Source: Curvularia clavata (Eukaryota). Taken from it: DNA of 64,000 nucleotides. Within the stretch, counting starts at the first letter, position 1. Every line of letters begins with the position of its first letter. Location: the NCBI GenBank assembly GCA_023920165.1, contig CP089276.1:2418001-2482000 (forward strand). Direction: 5' to 3'. Shown piece after piece: positions 52,501 to 64,000 of this stretch. A program made the position numbers and the translations under genes. Below the pieces are notes generated by a model. It saw only the letters and a list, made by a program, of their open reading frames with translations. It ran no database searches and was not told where the DNA came from.

Positions 52501-53001
52501 AAATCATTCCAGGGAGCACCGCAGCCTGGATCACCAACGCATGCCTCTGCGGCCGGCAACAAGCAGGTTTTCTCAATGCTGCCGCCAGCCCAGGTTGCTC
52601 GTCTCAAGCCTACAGCGTCTGCTGCTGATGTACCCAATGTGCCAACTCAGCCGGCCTCACCAACTAGTGCTTACGACGGTAGCAATGCAGAGCGGCCACA
52701 ACGCAATACCAGTGTGACGGTTGGCTCCAATGCGGTGTCTTCAGCGCAGCAACCCGGAGAGGCTAATGGCCAGTACCCACTGGATGAACCCGACACGGAT
52801 CTGAAACGTTCGATGAGCAGTGTTACGCTCGACGGGGAGCCTAGGCTATTCCCTGGTATCGTTAGCAGCAGGAGCAGGAGGCGGAGCAACAAGACTAACC
52901 AGGCTGAAGATGGTGACGCGACCAGCTCGCGTCTGAAGAGGTATCCGACGGGTGAGACAGAGAGTGTTGTGGAGGAGCGAAACACTGATGACGAGGAATA
53001 A
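49574..53001 (+). CDS. AMD1: AMP deaminase, 4 exons
   Basis: [49 protein letters not shown]; start inferred as gccATG TTG AAA G|gtaacc. Confidence 0.96.
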
Positions 53002-53462
53002 AGACAAGTTATGATGGTAGTGTTGATAGACTATGTATATGATCCATTCATTGCTACGATAGAGAATGTCAACATTGAACTTGGTTTTTGTATTCTCCCA
53101 TTTTCCTACCCACTCCTCATTGCTATTCGTATTTACATTTCCCCGCTCATCTTATGTCCAACATGTAGTTTAGTTTGGTCCGTGGAAAGATCCCTTCCTG
53201 CCCTTGGTTCGTCATTTAAAAAAAAAGTAAAGGGATGCGAGGGCCGTTCCACCAAAAATTATCGCATGAACAAGGGATGCTACTGAATCCAACGCCGTAT
53301 GATAGAAAATGCACGCTCGCTGTACGGGAATTCAAACCAAGAAAAGTAGCCAAAAAGAAAAAAAAAACAAGTAAGAAAAAAAAAACCCCCCTACTTATAA
53401 CAGAACGAGCAAAAGGAAAGGCGACGGGAGAGATCTGATCCCAAAAAATCCAGATTTCCTCC

Positions 53463-54146
53463 TCACGAGTTAATGTTTCGTGAATAGCAATCCAAGCACC
53501 AAGCGTCACCATCTTCCCCAACCTCGACTATACATTTTTTGCAAATAGCTTTGCTGCAACCCACGCATTGTCTGGCGCAGATGAAGCAAGTCCGGCCTTC
53601 GCACCGTCGGCAATCCATGTAGTTTTCGAGGTCCTTCTTGCGTTTTGGTGCCTTTTGACAGGCATGACATGAGCGCAGGTCTGATACGGCATGGGACGGT
53701 TGTGGTGGTGTGTCGAGGTCAACATCCATCAGATGGGAGGTTGACTTGACCAAAGAGGCTTTTGGGCTGACGCGCTTGAGTTGTTTGACAGGCCGTCGGT
53801 CTAGAGAGTGTTCGTGGGATTTTGATGGTAAGAAGGCGTACGAGAGGTTATTGTTGTGTTCGAAAGGCGGGGTACTGGGGTGATGGAGGCGGGTGGAGTC
53901 GCGGCTGAGTGACGATCGATGCTGACGCGAGAGACCCTTTGAGGGGGTATCAACGCCAGCGGTATGTGCGGTACATGTTCGTTCGTAGGTTTGTGGTCTG
54001 TCATCGGCGACCTGTCGCTTTCTCTTGCCAAGACCGGCAGCGTGTTGATCGTGGGTCGTCATCGTCTGCCAGTGACTCGGTGTGTTGTCTTGTTGCCATT
54101 CGTGTGCAACATTGGGCCCGAAGAGGTCAGAGGTGATGTAGACCAT
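53463..54146 (-). CDS. Hypothetical protein with C-terminal Cys-rich Zn-finger-like domain and basic NLS-like motif
   Basis: gccgccATGG at 54146 (a further in-frame ATG lies at 54425); GKRKR; five CxxC pairs plus CLDC at the C-terminus. Confidence 0.75.
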   Translation of the reverse strand: MVYITSDLFGPNVAHEWQQDNTPSHWQTMTTHDQHAAGLGKRKRQVADDRPQTYERTCTAHTAGVDTPSKGLSRQHRSSLSRDSTRLHHPSTPPFEHNNNLSYAFLPSKSHEHSLDRRPVKQLKRVSPKASLVKSTSHLMDVDLDTPPQPSHAVSDLRSCHACQKAPKRKKDLENYMDCRRCEGRTCFICARQCVGCSKAICKKCIVEVGEDGDAWCLDCYSRNINS

Positions 54147-54758
54147 GGCGGCGTTGGTTGTGAGGTGGAAGAGCAGTGCAATGGGCAGCAGTCGTGAAGG
54201 CGAAGAGAGGTGGAGCGTGCAGCGCAGACGACGATGTGAGGAAGGAAAACCGAGACCAGGGTAGCACACAGAGCGCCTCTGACAAGGCAGCACTGCAGCG
54301 AGGACACACGGCGAGGCCTGACTCAGACGAGATGACGCGGAGGTTGAGAGGTTGTCGGATACGGCGTTGAGTACGAGAAAGAGGACGACGGGTTGTTGTC
54401 GGGGCCTAGAAACAAGGCAGGACATGGGCACATGGTCGGCGTATGTACCTGACTAGCGGCCGAATCCAGGCATCCGACAGGGGGCCGGCTGACCCCCACG
54501 ACACGCTTCACGTGCTGCCAAGCCTCCCCCCTCGCGCGCTCGACCAGACGCGACGGACTTGAGTAGGAGAACCGCAGCAATTTTTTGTGGCGTGTATATA
54601 CTCTGGTCCTGGCACGTCCCGTCTGTGTCATGTTTGCCGTCTCTGGGTGATTGGCATGACTTCGCCATCTCCACAATACTACTATTCCTACCCCACACTC
54701 GCATCCCCCTGCCCTCTTAACGCTCAACCCCCATCGCTGGACGCGGTCCGCGGGTGCC

Positions 54759-57089
54759 ATGGACAGCGTCAATGTCTCTGAACTGGTCGCGCGCCTCGGC
54801 GCAGAGGAGGAATCGGTGCGTAAAATGGCCGTCTTCAAACTGCAGAGTGCCATTGGCGACCCTTCGTTTGCCGATGTCTTCATCTACGAAGGCGGGCTAC
54901 CCAAGCTGCGATTCCTGGCGCTGCACTCGAATGGAAACACACTGGCCTACTGTCTCACCTCTCTGGCTCGTCTCTTGGAGCTGGACAAGGGATGGGATCA
55001 TGTCACCGACGATTTGGTCGCGAGAGTAAGTCAGGGGAGGAGGGTCTGTCTTGTACGGAGGCTCTGTCTAACTGTTGCGCAATAGATAGTCGACCTGGTG
55101 GTCGCCCAGCCGCTCGTCAACGTCAACCGAGGCGCCATGTCAGTCCTCGCCGTCATTGTTGGTAATCCCTCGCACCGAAACTCCCAGTCTGGCTCCACAG
55201 GCTTCCAGCGCCTCAAGCCAGCCGTCGATGCCCAACCTCAGTTTCTGTCATCGCTCGTGGAGAAGATTACGTCGGCCGACCATGCCCTCTGTGCAAACTC
55301 GCTGCAGCTCATCAATGCGCTCATGCGCGATGCGATCGCAAACGACGCCGCCTTTGAGTGGCCCAAGTTTATAAAACAGCTTCAGGAGCTAGGGGTGATC
55401 AAGAGTGTGTATGGGCTCATGCAGAGCACCGCCATACAAGACCTGGCTCATCCGCTCTTGGACTTCCAGACGTTAACCAAGACGCTACTAAGGAATTGGA
55501 AAGAAGAGAAGGTTGACCTGGAAAACCCGGACCATCGAAGAGCCATACGGGGCCTGCACACTGCAAGTCAACCAGAGAAGTCATCCTCGGATACCAAGGG
55601 AAGCAAGAGGCATCATCCAGAAAAGTGGAACCGACTGGGCTTCGAGACAGATTCACCTGTGTGGGAGTTCAATCAGACTGGGTTCCTGGGCCTCATGGAT
55701 ATTACCGACTTTGTCTACAAGAATGAGGACGGGTTTCAGAAGCTGTTGCTTGAGCAATCGGCGGAGCCAGCTGAGCAGCGGTGCCCAATTGCCCGGGCAA
55801 GTCTTTCTGTCACACAGACCCTGTATGAGCACTTTGAGGTTGATAAATTCGACGATGTGGAGTTACTTCGTCACACCGACTCGCGGGCCAACTTTGACCG
55901 AGCATTCAAACCTCTATTGCTCCATTGGTCTAGATTGCACACGAGCGGACTGAATGCGTTTATCCGACTATGGAAAGCAGCAGGCGCACAGACAGAAGAC
56001 TTTGAAAAGATTGAGGAGCTGATCCGCATCTTGATTGAGCAGGTCGTCGGGCAGGCACCGCGCATGAAGGATGTCAAGGAAATTGAAGAGGAGTTAGCAG
56101 AGTTTGAGCTCAAGCGGCTCCGAGAGCTGCAGATGGAGGTGTTGGAGTTAACCTATGAAGACGCATGGGGTCATCATCTGCGGTGAGTATGCAGTATCCC
56201 TGTTTTACACAGCATCGGGCTAACACTTGACAGCCAAGTTCGCGACGAGCTCAATCACGAGGCACTCCAGTTTGTCAAGGAGCAACGTATCAGATGCTTG
56301 CTCCAAGGCGCCTGGTTCCCCATGGGCACGGATTTTGGCACAAACACGGGTCCGGCGACGAGCAACCGCGCTGTGCCTTCGTCGTGGCGCTTTGTTCGAC
56401 TGTCACACAACCGACGATATCTGCACTATGCTGACTTTGAAGAAAAGACGGCGACGGAGCCGAAGTTAGACGCCCTACCAGAGAAGAGTAAGTGTTATGC
56501 ACCCCGTCGGTGGGGGATTTGTTTGTTTTTCTTTTGACCCCGGGTATGTTTTGCATGGTGACCGGAGCTGACACACCCATCACCAGTTGATCTGTCGATT
56601 GTGTCATCGGTCGTGAGCAATGTCTCGGCTTCGGCCCCATCGACAGCATCGTCTGACAGCACAGTGAGAACACTGCCAGGGCACGAGCGGGTATCGACGT
56701 CTACCAAGATCACAATCCACGGCTACGTGCCTGTGTCCAATCATTCACGGCAGGCATCAAGTGGATCGGGAGCAGGACGCAAGGAATCGGTCCTGTTGCA
56801 TCTGCATCCGCAGAGCCATACCCTTGCTTCCGAGTGGCTTGATGGATTGCTGATGCTGCTGAATCAACAACCAATTACAGCCAATACGAACAAGCTGGTG
56901 ACGTTTATCGGGGGATACGGCCTCAAGATCCGGCTGCTGAATGTTCGGTATGAGGATGTAGGACTGGAGGAGCCAGTGCTTCCGAGCCGCGAAGGGCTGG
57001 ACGACGAATATTACTGTGAGTGTTGGCCGTGCGAGTAGCATGGACGCTTTGCTGACCTGTCACGTGTAGACGATATTGCGGGAGCGTGA
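54759..57089 (+). CDS. ELMO/CED-12 family protein with PH domain, 5 exons
   Basis: N-terminal ARM-like region, WNRLGFETDSP...TGFLGLMD, CPIARAS, FVKEQRIRCLLQGAWF, RLSHNRRYLHY, LKIRLLNV. Confidence 0.92.
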
Positions 57090-57882
57090 AAATACCGCGA
57101 AATAGATGGTTACCGACAACGGTGTTTGACAAGGACGGTGGACGTGCACCGTGGTATACATGGAGAGCAAGAGCAAAAGGAAATTGTATGGGTCTGGACC
57201 AAAGTAGGGTGCAGGATGTTGGGTAGGCTAAGTACAAGCGCCAGAAGCCTAATGGTGATGGACGCGCGACTATGCAGCGGCGGGGTAGGCCCCGGTGGAT
57301 TTGATTGCTGAAGACACTGTTGGAGTTTGGGACGGTAGATATGTCGGGTTGAGGCTGCGTAGGTTGGCTGGCTGGCTGGCAGTTGGGGGTGGCGGCGGGT
57401 AGTAGATGCGCTTCTCTTGAGATACCCTTTCTTGGCTGTAGAGCAGAGTACCTTTGTGTTGCAATTGGATCCGGTGGTAGTATGTATGTTGTGCATGTAT
57501 GTTGTGCACGGAGCAGGGGCTGGGACGGCGGCAAGCCTATTGGCCTGTGGTTGGTTTTTGTTTTGCGTCGAGTTGCACGGCGCATGTGTTGCAACGTTGT
57601 ACCAGCGGACGTGCTGCGGTCATGGCCATGTTTGCCGGTGAAGAGGCAATGTTCCAGAAGCAAATACGGGACGGCAATCGATGACGGGGTAGGTGCTCGA
57701 TCCCACGGACCGGGTTTGTAGTGGGTATTGCGGTGTGTCGCACGCTAAGCGCGCCGGAGAGACGCGGTGGGCGGTCTGAGGGTGGAGAAGACCGTCTTGA
57801 AACAGCGGACGCCATGGTGGAGAGCAGCGGGGAGAAGATGGGCTGGCTGTGGAACCATACTATCATGTACGACCATGTAGCC

Positions 57883-57925
57883 ATGTATGTACGTATGTAT
57901 GTATGTACGTACTGTCTGTATGTAA
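57883..57925. repeat. Imperfect (GTAT)n microsatellite
   Basis: atgtatgtacgtatgtatgtatgtacgtac. Confidence 0.7.
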
Positions 57926-58591
57926 CGTGTACTATGCACATCCACCCCCGGTCAGCCTCGAGGTGCCAGTCGCAATTCACCGCTCGGCTCGACGGCCATG
58001 ATTCAAGGGTATCTGACTGGGCCAGGTGGATTGACTCTCGGATCAACCGCCACGGCTCTACAAAGGCCCGTGGTGAGGTGGAGAGGAGGCTGCTGCACCT
58101 TTGGCTTAGCTGCACATGTGGCATTCCGTCAACGAATATGCACTGCACCCGCCGACCCGGCGCATCGGTGGTAGTCTGCCTGTGCCCTACCTCACTAAAG
58201 CCCACACGTTCGTCGCTGTCTGTACCGGCTGTCGCTCTGCTCGGCTTCCCGTCCGTCGTAGAATTCCTTCTTCTTCTTCTTCTTTTGCTTTGCCCGGCTC
58301 TGCTGCCCTGTTTCCCACGCCCGACACGCTGCCTGTGCTTCATTGATATCGACAAGACTTGCCATCGCATTATTGCTTTACCACCATCCACACCTGGCCC
58401 CGCGCACTCTCCGGCCACCGCGTCGAGGGCGGCCTTGCAGAATCCCTCGTCGTAGTGCCATTCACACGCATCCCCACACACCCACCACGACCACGACCAC
58501 GACACTCCCCTCTCTTCGTTGCATGCCTCTTGTGCCCGGCTCGGATCTGACCGACAGCGTCTTTGCTGATTTCGACTATTGAGCCGACGCC

Positions 58592-60199
58592 ATGAGGACC
58601 AAACCCAGGAGCGCTACACTGCCTCTACAACAGGCGGAGTTCGAGGCTCTGCCCGATTCGGTCCAGTAAGTCCGTTTCCGCCCTTGTCATTGGCCCGTTG
58701 GTGTGATAGGGGCGCATCCATCACGTGCAGATAGCGACACCACCCCCACCACCAATGGCTGTACCTTGCAGTAGGAGCAAAACATCCTGGAGCATGTCGT
58801 CGCTAATTAGTCCGCTTGTAGGAGAAAGTACTTTTCGTCCCTGGAGCGCCTGCAGATCCAGCAGCAGGCCTTGACCGAGCCAGCTACATCAGGCCGCTCC
58901 TCCCAGGCCAGCTCCTCCAGACTCCGGCCTTCCATCTCCCTCGGCACTGGACGACGCAGACGCAAATCCGAAAAGACTGTGCACGACCTCGACTTTTCGT
59001 TTTCCGACGTTGAGTTTTTCTTTTCTCTACCAGACAAGGCCCAAAAACAGCTCTTTTCGCGAGACGAGCAGCTGGCTCTCCACACTTGGCGTGAACACGC
59101 GTTCCTCGCCGACAACCAAGAAGAAGAAGAGTGGGCGCAACAGCGCTTCGACGACTTTCACTTTGACTTTACCGATTCTTCCGCCTTTGCAATTTCTGAC
59201 GCCCATCGCTCGCAAAGACCGTTGTCGGACTCGTCAGCAAACAATCATCTGTGCACACCGAGCGGCCTCTTTACGGCCGACGAAACGGACCCGCATAACT
59301 CGACCGCTCCTTCATTCCTCGACACCATGGCTACCCCATTCTTCACCTCGAAGGAAGTTCCTTCAGCAAACATGAGACGAACAATGTCCCTTACCACTTA
59401 TCCTCTCCGCCGTGGATCTTCCCCTTCTGCCTTTGACTTTGCTGGCGGCGCACCGGCTCGGTCACACCAACGCTCACTTTCCTCTTCCCTCACCGGCCGC
59501 ACCTCTTCGTTCCACACGCCTACTTCTCCCATATTCGACCCCGAGGCCACCCACTACCAGGACCCTGAGGCGAGGAAAAAGCTGCGCATGTATCTTGCAT
59601 CACCTCAAAAATTCGACGAAGCCATAGAATTCGGCTTCCCATCATCCACAGTACAGGACACCGCTACGCCGCACTACCACCTACCGAAAATCGACACCCA
59701 TTCTTGCAAGTTCAGCCGAGACATGCAGACATTTCTCAAAGATGGACAGCTATCCTTCTTCGACGACGATTGCCACGAAAATCAAGGCCTAGAATCTGAC
59801 GCTGATTCCGTGGCCGACATGGATTCCCCCGCTACACCCTCGAGCACCGGCGTGTCTTTTCGTTTACACTCTCGCCAACCCTCACGCCGAAACACATCGG
59901 TTGATTCACCAACTCGCTCCCCCGTACATGCAGCGAATTGGCAACTGAACCGAGAAATGACTCTACGAATGACCTTGACCCGCCCCGATCTCCGCGCCGA
60001 TGAAGATCAGTTGTATGGCTGGCAAAGCACTGCACCTAGTCCCAACACTAAGCCCCCCAAAGACGATCCTTTGGCGCTGGAAGATCTCGTCTTCACCGAC
60101 GACATGACTGGCACCAAGGGCGCATTCTATGTCAAGCCCAAACCGCGCGGAAACCTAGTCAGCCGCCTACTGAAGCGCGCCAGTCTAAAGTCTCGCTAA
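58592..60199 (+). CDS. Conserved-looking fungal hypothetical protein (Ser-rich, disordered, with motif islands), 2 exons
   Basis: gacgccATG at 58592; intron 58666-58821 gives ...LPDSVQ|RKYFSSLERL; motif-like segments HYQDPEARKKLRMYLASPQKFDEAIEFGFPS and REMTLRMTLTRPDLRADE. Confidence 0.8.
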
Positions 60200-61906
60200 T
60201 CACCACTACCCGCCCGTCACGCGAAGCCTATCTCCTTCGCCAGCCTCAAACTTTACATTAGTATAACTTTTTATTGTTTTTCACTTTTAATAGACCCAGA
60301 GGGTCTGCTGCGTTTAAGCGGGCGTTTGGTTTGTTCTTCTTTCAGGGTTGACAAATGGATCCGGGCTTTAGATTGTACGATTACCACGATGCACGATACG
60401 ATTCCGATGCATGGACGAGGCGCTTCTTTTCATCCCACCACTCAGGTATCCCTGCGGTCTTAGCTAGACAATATTTATCAACAATGGTTCTTCGACAGCC
60501 ATGTAAAATTGGTGTATCGCCGCAAAACACTACTAAACCGGATTTTCTTCCGCCCAGTGAACGCATTATGGAGTGGCCCTATTGGCAATAAACTTACTCG
60601 ACACACCTAACTATGTGTGTCTCGTCAAGGACGCATCTGTTGTTTTGTTTTTCTTCCAAATAGTCTCCACCCGGCGGCGACCATGACTAGTCCTTGTCTC
60701 CACGGAACACAGCACAGCCGTGCGGGATGGAGAACAACTTCAGGGACACCGCACAGGCCCCCCTGCCTTGCGCCCCAGGGGATCTGTGTGTTTCCGCCAG
60801 AAAAAAAAAGGCCCCTTACATACACACACGTGTATGTATGTATGCACATAAACAAGCCATAGCAGAAATCACACGCAAATGTATAGTGACTTATACTGCA
60901 TAAATATACCCAGGCGGCGGTGATACGGGTAACCTATAGTATCAACACGCGTCAATGCGCGGGTTTATATCCTTGTTGCAGGTAAAGATCAGCACATCAG
61001 CATCAGCATAAACAGCATCTCACATGCAGTAGGTAATTTGTGTCTTCGTGTTCCCTGGTGATGTGAATAGGGTAGGTACGGAGTGGAGCTAGCACGCGGT
61101 GTGATGGCACGAGTTTCTTACATTGGCTGATAATAGGCGAAGGAAAAGTAGAAGCACTTCAAATAATGGCCATTATCAACGAAAGGATTTGTAAAGGGAA
61201 CGTGTCATGGTGCGTGGTCGGCGAGCAGCTGGGGGACCAAGAGTCATGTAGCTTTGTTGGCTGTGCAAGGATCGAGATGGAGTAAACAATGTGGGGCTGA
61301 CTGGGGGTTGTTTCTCTCATTTTTGTTACAATCTGTGACTTGAAAGTGAGTAGGTTCGACGTCTTTACAAGTCTTACACTGGAGACGATACACGAGATGG
61401 ATGGAGAAAGAGAAAACCACTCGAAACTTCTCTTACTTCTTACCTCGTCCTCATACTATTTTCAATTCACATCAATTGCTGTTATGAACTATATCAACAT
61501 TGCTCATCTACAATCAGCTTTCTCCAAGCTCAAACGCATATACGCTTCCATCTACAACATGCCTGTATAGCCTGGCAAATAACAGATGACTAGATGACAC
61601 AATCTACCCTACTCCACACACATCTCACTGTGAATCGTATCACATCTACACCCCATGATCACCAGACAATCACAATGGCCTCCCACCTTCCAGCGCCGGC
61701 CACGACCGGCCCGGTCCTCATAAGCGCTACTCACCACTTCCTACTACCAAGCATAACGGAGCCATCCCACCGAAACCCAAAACTAGTCCCATGAGCACAA
61801 GTGACATATAGTGTAACATGTAAATAGAATTATACAGGCATCAACCTAGATAAAGTACATATCCCGGCGGTGTGGTACTGTACCTGCCTAGTGTGTTTAC
61901 ATATAT

Positions 61907-61920
61907 GTGTGTGTGTGTGT
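61907..61920. repeat. (GT)7 microsatellite
   Basis: Perfect GT run. Confidence 0.75.
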
Positions 61921-62982
61921 TGTCCCACTAGCGTACAACATGTAACGTGAAAACAACACGGGGGGAAAGGAGACATGCCCAAGTCCATGAGCAGGAGAGA
62001 TAAAACAAGAGACCAAGAGGAGGTGAGGCGTTGTCTGGCCAAGTAGAAGAAACAGAGCGGAGAGTGATGAGGTTAGAAATTTTGGGTGTTCTTGGGTATG
62101 TACAGTACCGGAGTTGGGTCCGTCAGATGAGCAACTGGTGGGGGAGTATTGGGGTATGAGATGGGCTTGGCCTTGAGTTTAGGTTTGGGGTTGGGTTTGG
62201 GGATTGAGGTAGCGGAATAGTGTATGTGTTGGATGTAAGCGATGCTACTATGTTCACATGTGCGCGTGTGTGAGTGAGATGTCTTGGTACATCTATTGTT
62301 AGATTGCATGCGTAGTTGCCACAGTATAGCAGACTCGCTTAGAAGCAAAGAAGATCCCACAAGCAAAGGTTACTGTAAACGATCAAGTCGTTGTTGTAAT
62401 AGCCTAAAGTCGGGAAATTAACCTCTTCGCTATCATGGTAGTGGGGGTCGTGGTGGGGTGCTGCGGCGTCGTCGTAGATACTTCGCCGCACACGTCTGGC
62501 ACACGGTTCCACAATATAAATTGTATTCATCGCTCGTTGCCTAGCCATTGGTTGCCTAAATCACCCAGTGTGCAGATGCAATATGCAGGAGTCGACAGAC
62601 AGACGCAGGAGTTGATAGACACAGAAACGAAAACATACGCAAACACCTGCAAAACGTAAGTAGCTACGCTAGGATACACGGCATTGTCTCTAAATCTGGG
62701 TAGCAGAATCATTACTCAGGCGCCCATGCATGCAGCGAGCTTCTCGGACTTTTGGGCTACCTGCAGAGAATGTCAAGCCCGCTACTGCAGTTTCTCGCTT
62801 CTTCACATGCAGGGTTTGATTGTGACATTTATGCGCTAGATGCACTAGGACGCTTGTGGTTCACGATGTCAAATCACACCACTGGGCAAACGCGATTGGT
62901 TCTGAGGGTTCTTGGAATCTTTTCATTGCTCGTGGTATCCTCTTTCGTAAAGAACCAAGGTCATGCTAATGCTACCTTTTCT

Positions 62983-64000
62983 CTATCTTGACAATGCAAT
63001 GTCATCAATTCGGAGAATCATCTTGACTGTTTCGGCTGCCAGCTCGATGGCGCTGGTGCTGACCAGCAGCGGCTGCAGTACGTTCTCCTCGCTAATGTCA
63101 TTCTTAACACCCCCGCTCTTGATGCTGATGCCTGCGTTCTTTTGATCTTGAGCATGCCTATGTCTTAGCTCTGTGACGACCTTGATGCTGTTGAGACCCG
63201 CATTCTCCGCCAGCGTAGTGGGAATCACCTCCATGGCCTCGGCGAAAGCTTTCCAGCAGATGGATTCTGTACCAGAGAGTTCACGAGCCTTGAGGGACAG
63301 CTGGTGTGCAATCTCAATTTCAGGAGCGCCTCCACCAGCAAGGAGTGCCTTCTTTTTCACCAATGAGCGGATGGCGCAGTGCGCATCGTGAAGCGATCGC
63401 TCCGTCTCGTCCAGAATGAGGCTGTTGGCGCCCCGGCAGACAATCGAGACGGTGTTGGCCGCTGTCTTGACACCGGAGACCTTGACGTAGCGAGCGCCTG
63501 ATGCCTGAACTTCTTCTACAAGATCAGCCGAGCCGAGCTTGTCTTCTGTGAAGGAATCAATATCAGCAATAGGCTTGCAACCAGTGCTCTGCTGTATGTC
63601 AGTACAATGTCTACGAACAGCTATAAATTTTACGCACCTTGCAGATGAACTCAATCTCATCGCGCTCAATATCCTTGACGACCATGATTTTGAGCTTCGA
63701 CAGGAAATGCAGACTGAGGTCATTGACGGCATCGCGCAAAATTGACTTCTGGATGAAGAGAACATTGCACTTGGCTTTCTGAATCTTCTTAACCATGTTC
63801 AACAGGTACGTCCGCTCCTCCTTGAGGATCTTGTCCATCTGTCTGTAGTCGTTGACAACAATCTGGTTCTCCATGTCCGGCTTCGGTGGGCTCAATTGGA
63901 ATTGAATGAGACCTATCCGTGCCTTCTCCTTCAGTGTGGGACCACCAGCGCTCTTCACTACTGGCTGGTTCAGGACCAGTCCGTCAATCATCTCACTGTC
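62983..64000 (-). CDS. CCT4: T-complex protein 1 subunit delta (chaperonin), 3' part; gene starts beyond the window
   Basis: [62 protein letters not shown]. Confidence 0.96.

Noticed and set aside
57537..58505. 322-aa (minus) and 244-aa (plus) ORFs upstream of the 58.6-kb gene
   Set aside because: Run through microsatellites (GTAT, CTT, CCACGA) and look like promoter/UTR; no protein-like composition.
62175..62205. G-rich telomere-like run (ggtttggggttgggtttgggg)
   Set aside because: No TTAGGG units or telomerase template motif; too short to support a call.

Overview
Gene-dense, intron-containing eukaryotic DNA from a filamentous ascomycete. Protein style suggests Dothideomycetes/Pleosporales, which is an inference. 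I find about 26 protein-coding genes, mostly housekeeping: a Cu(+) P1B-ATPase (5' truncated), Coa3, Pta1/symplekin, ValRS, CK2 alpha, RNase P/MRP p30, a large secreted repeat protein, a DUF1295 protein, a Par32-like GRGGAGN protein, Mde1, Vps10, a subtilisin, Sdh1, Rpl3, PP2A-B55, a Yea4-like transporter, Pmt4, Pex5, a mitochondrial 2xRRM protein, AMP deaminase, a Cys-rich protein, ELMO, CCT4 (5' truncated) and two hypotheticals. I found no convincing transposon, tRNA, rRNA or CRISPR. The most interesting signals concern translation and splicing. (1) CK2 alpha has an AUG-free in-frame leader of about 120 codons that encodes a basic patch plus a hydrophobic signal-anchor, with a UUG in good context, suggesting a non-AUG-initiated membrane or secretory-pathway CK2 isoform. 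(2) One gene's start codon is split by an intron and reads AUG-UAA when unspliced. (3) An in-frame uORF is separated from its main ORF by a single UGA. (4) ValRS has two in-frame starts and a cluster of Gcn4/CpcA sites. (5) The subtilisin tail has Kex2-like sites. Exon boundaries were read by eye and no database search was run.
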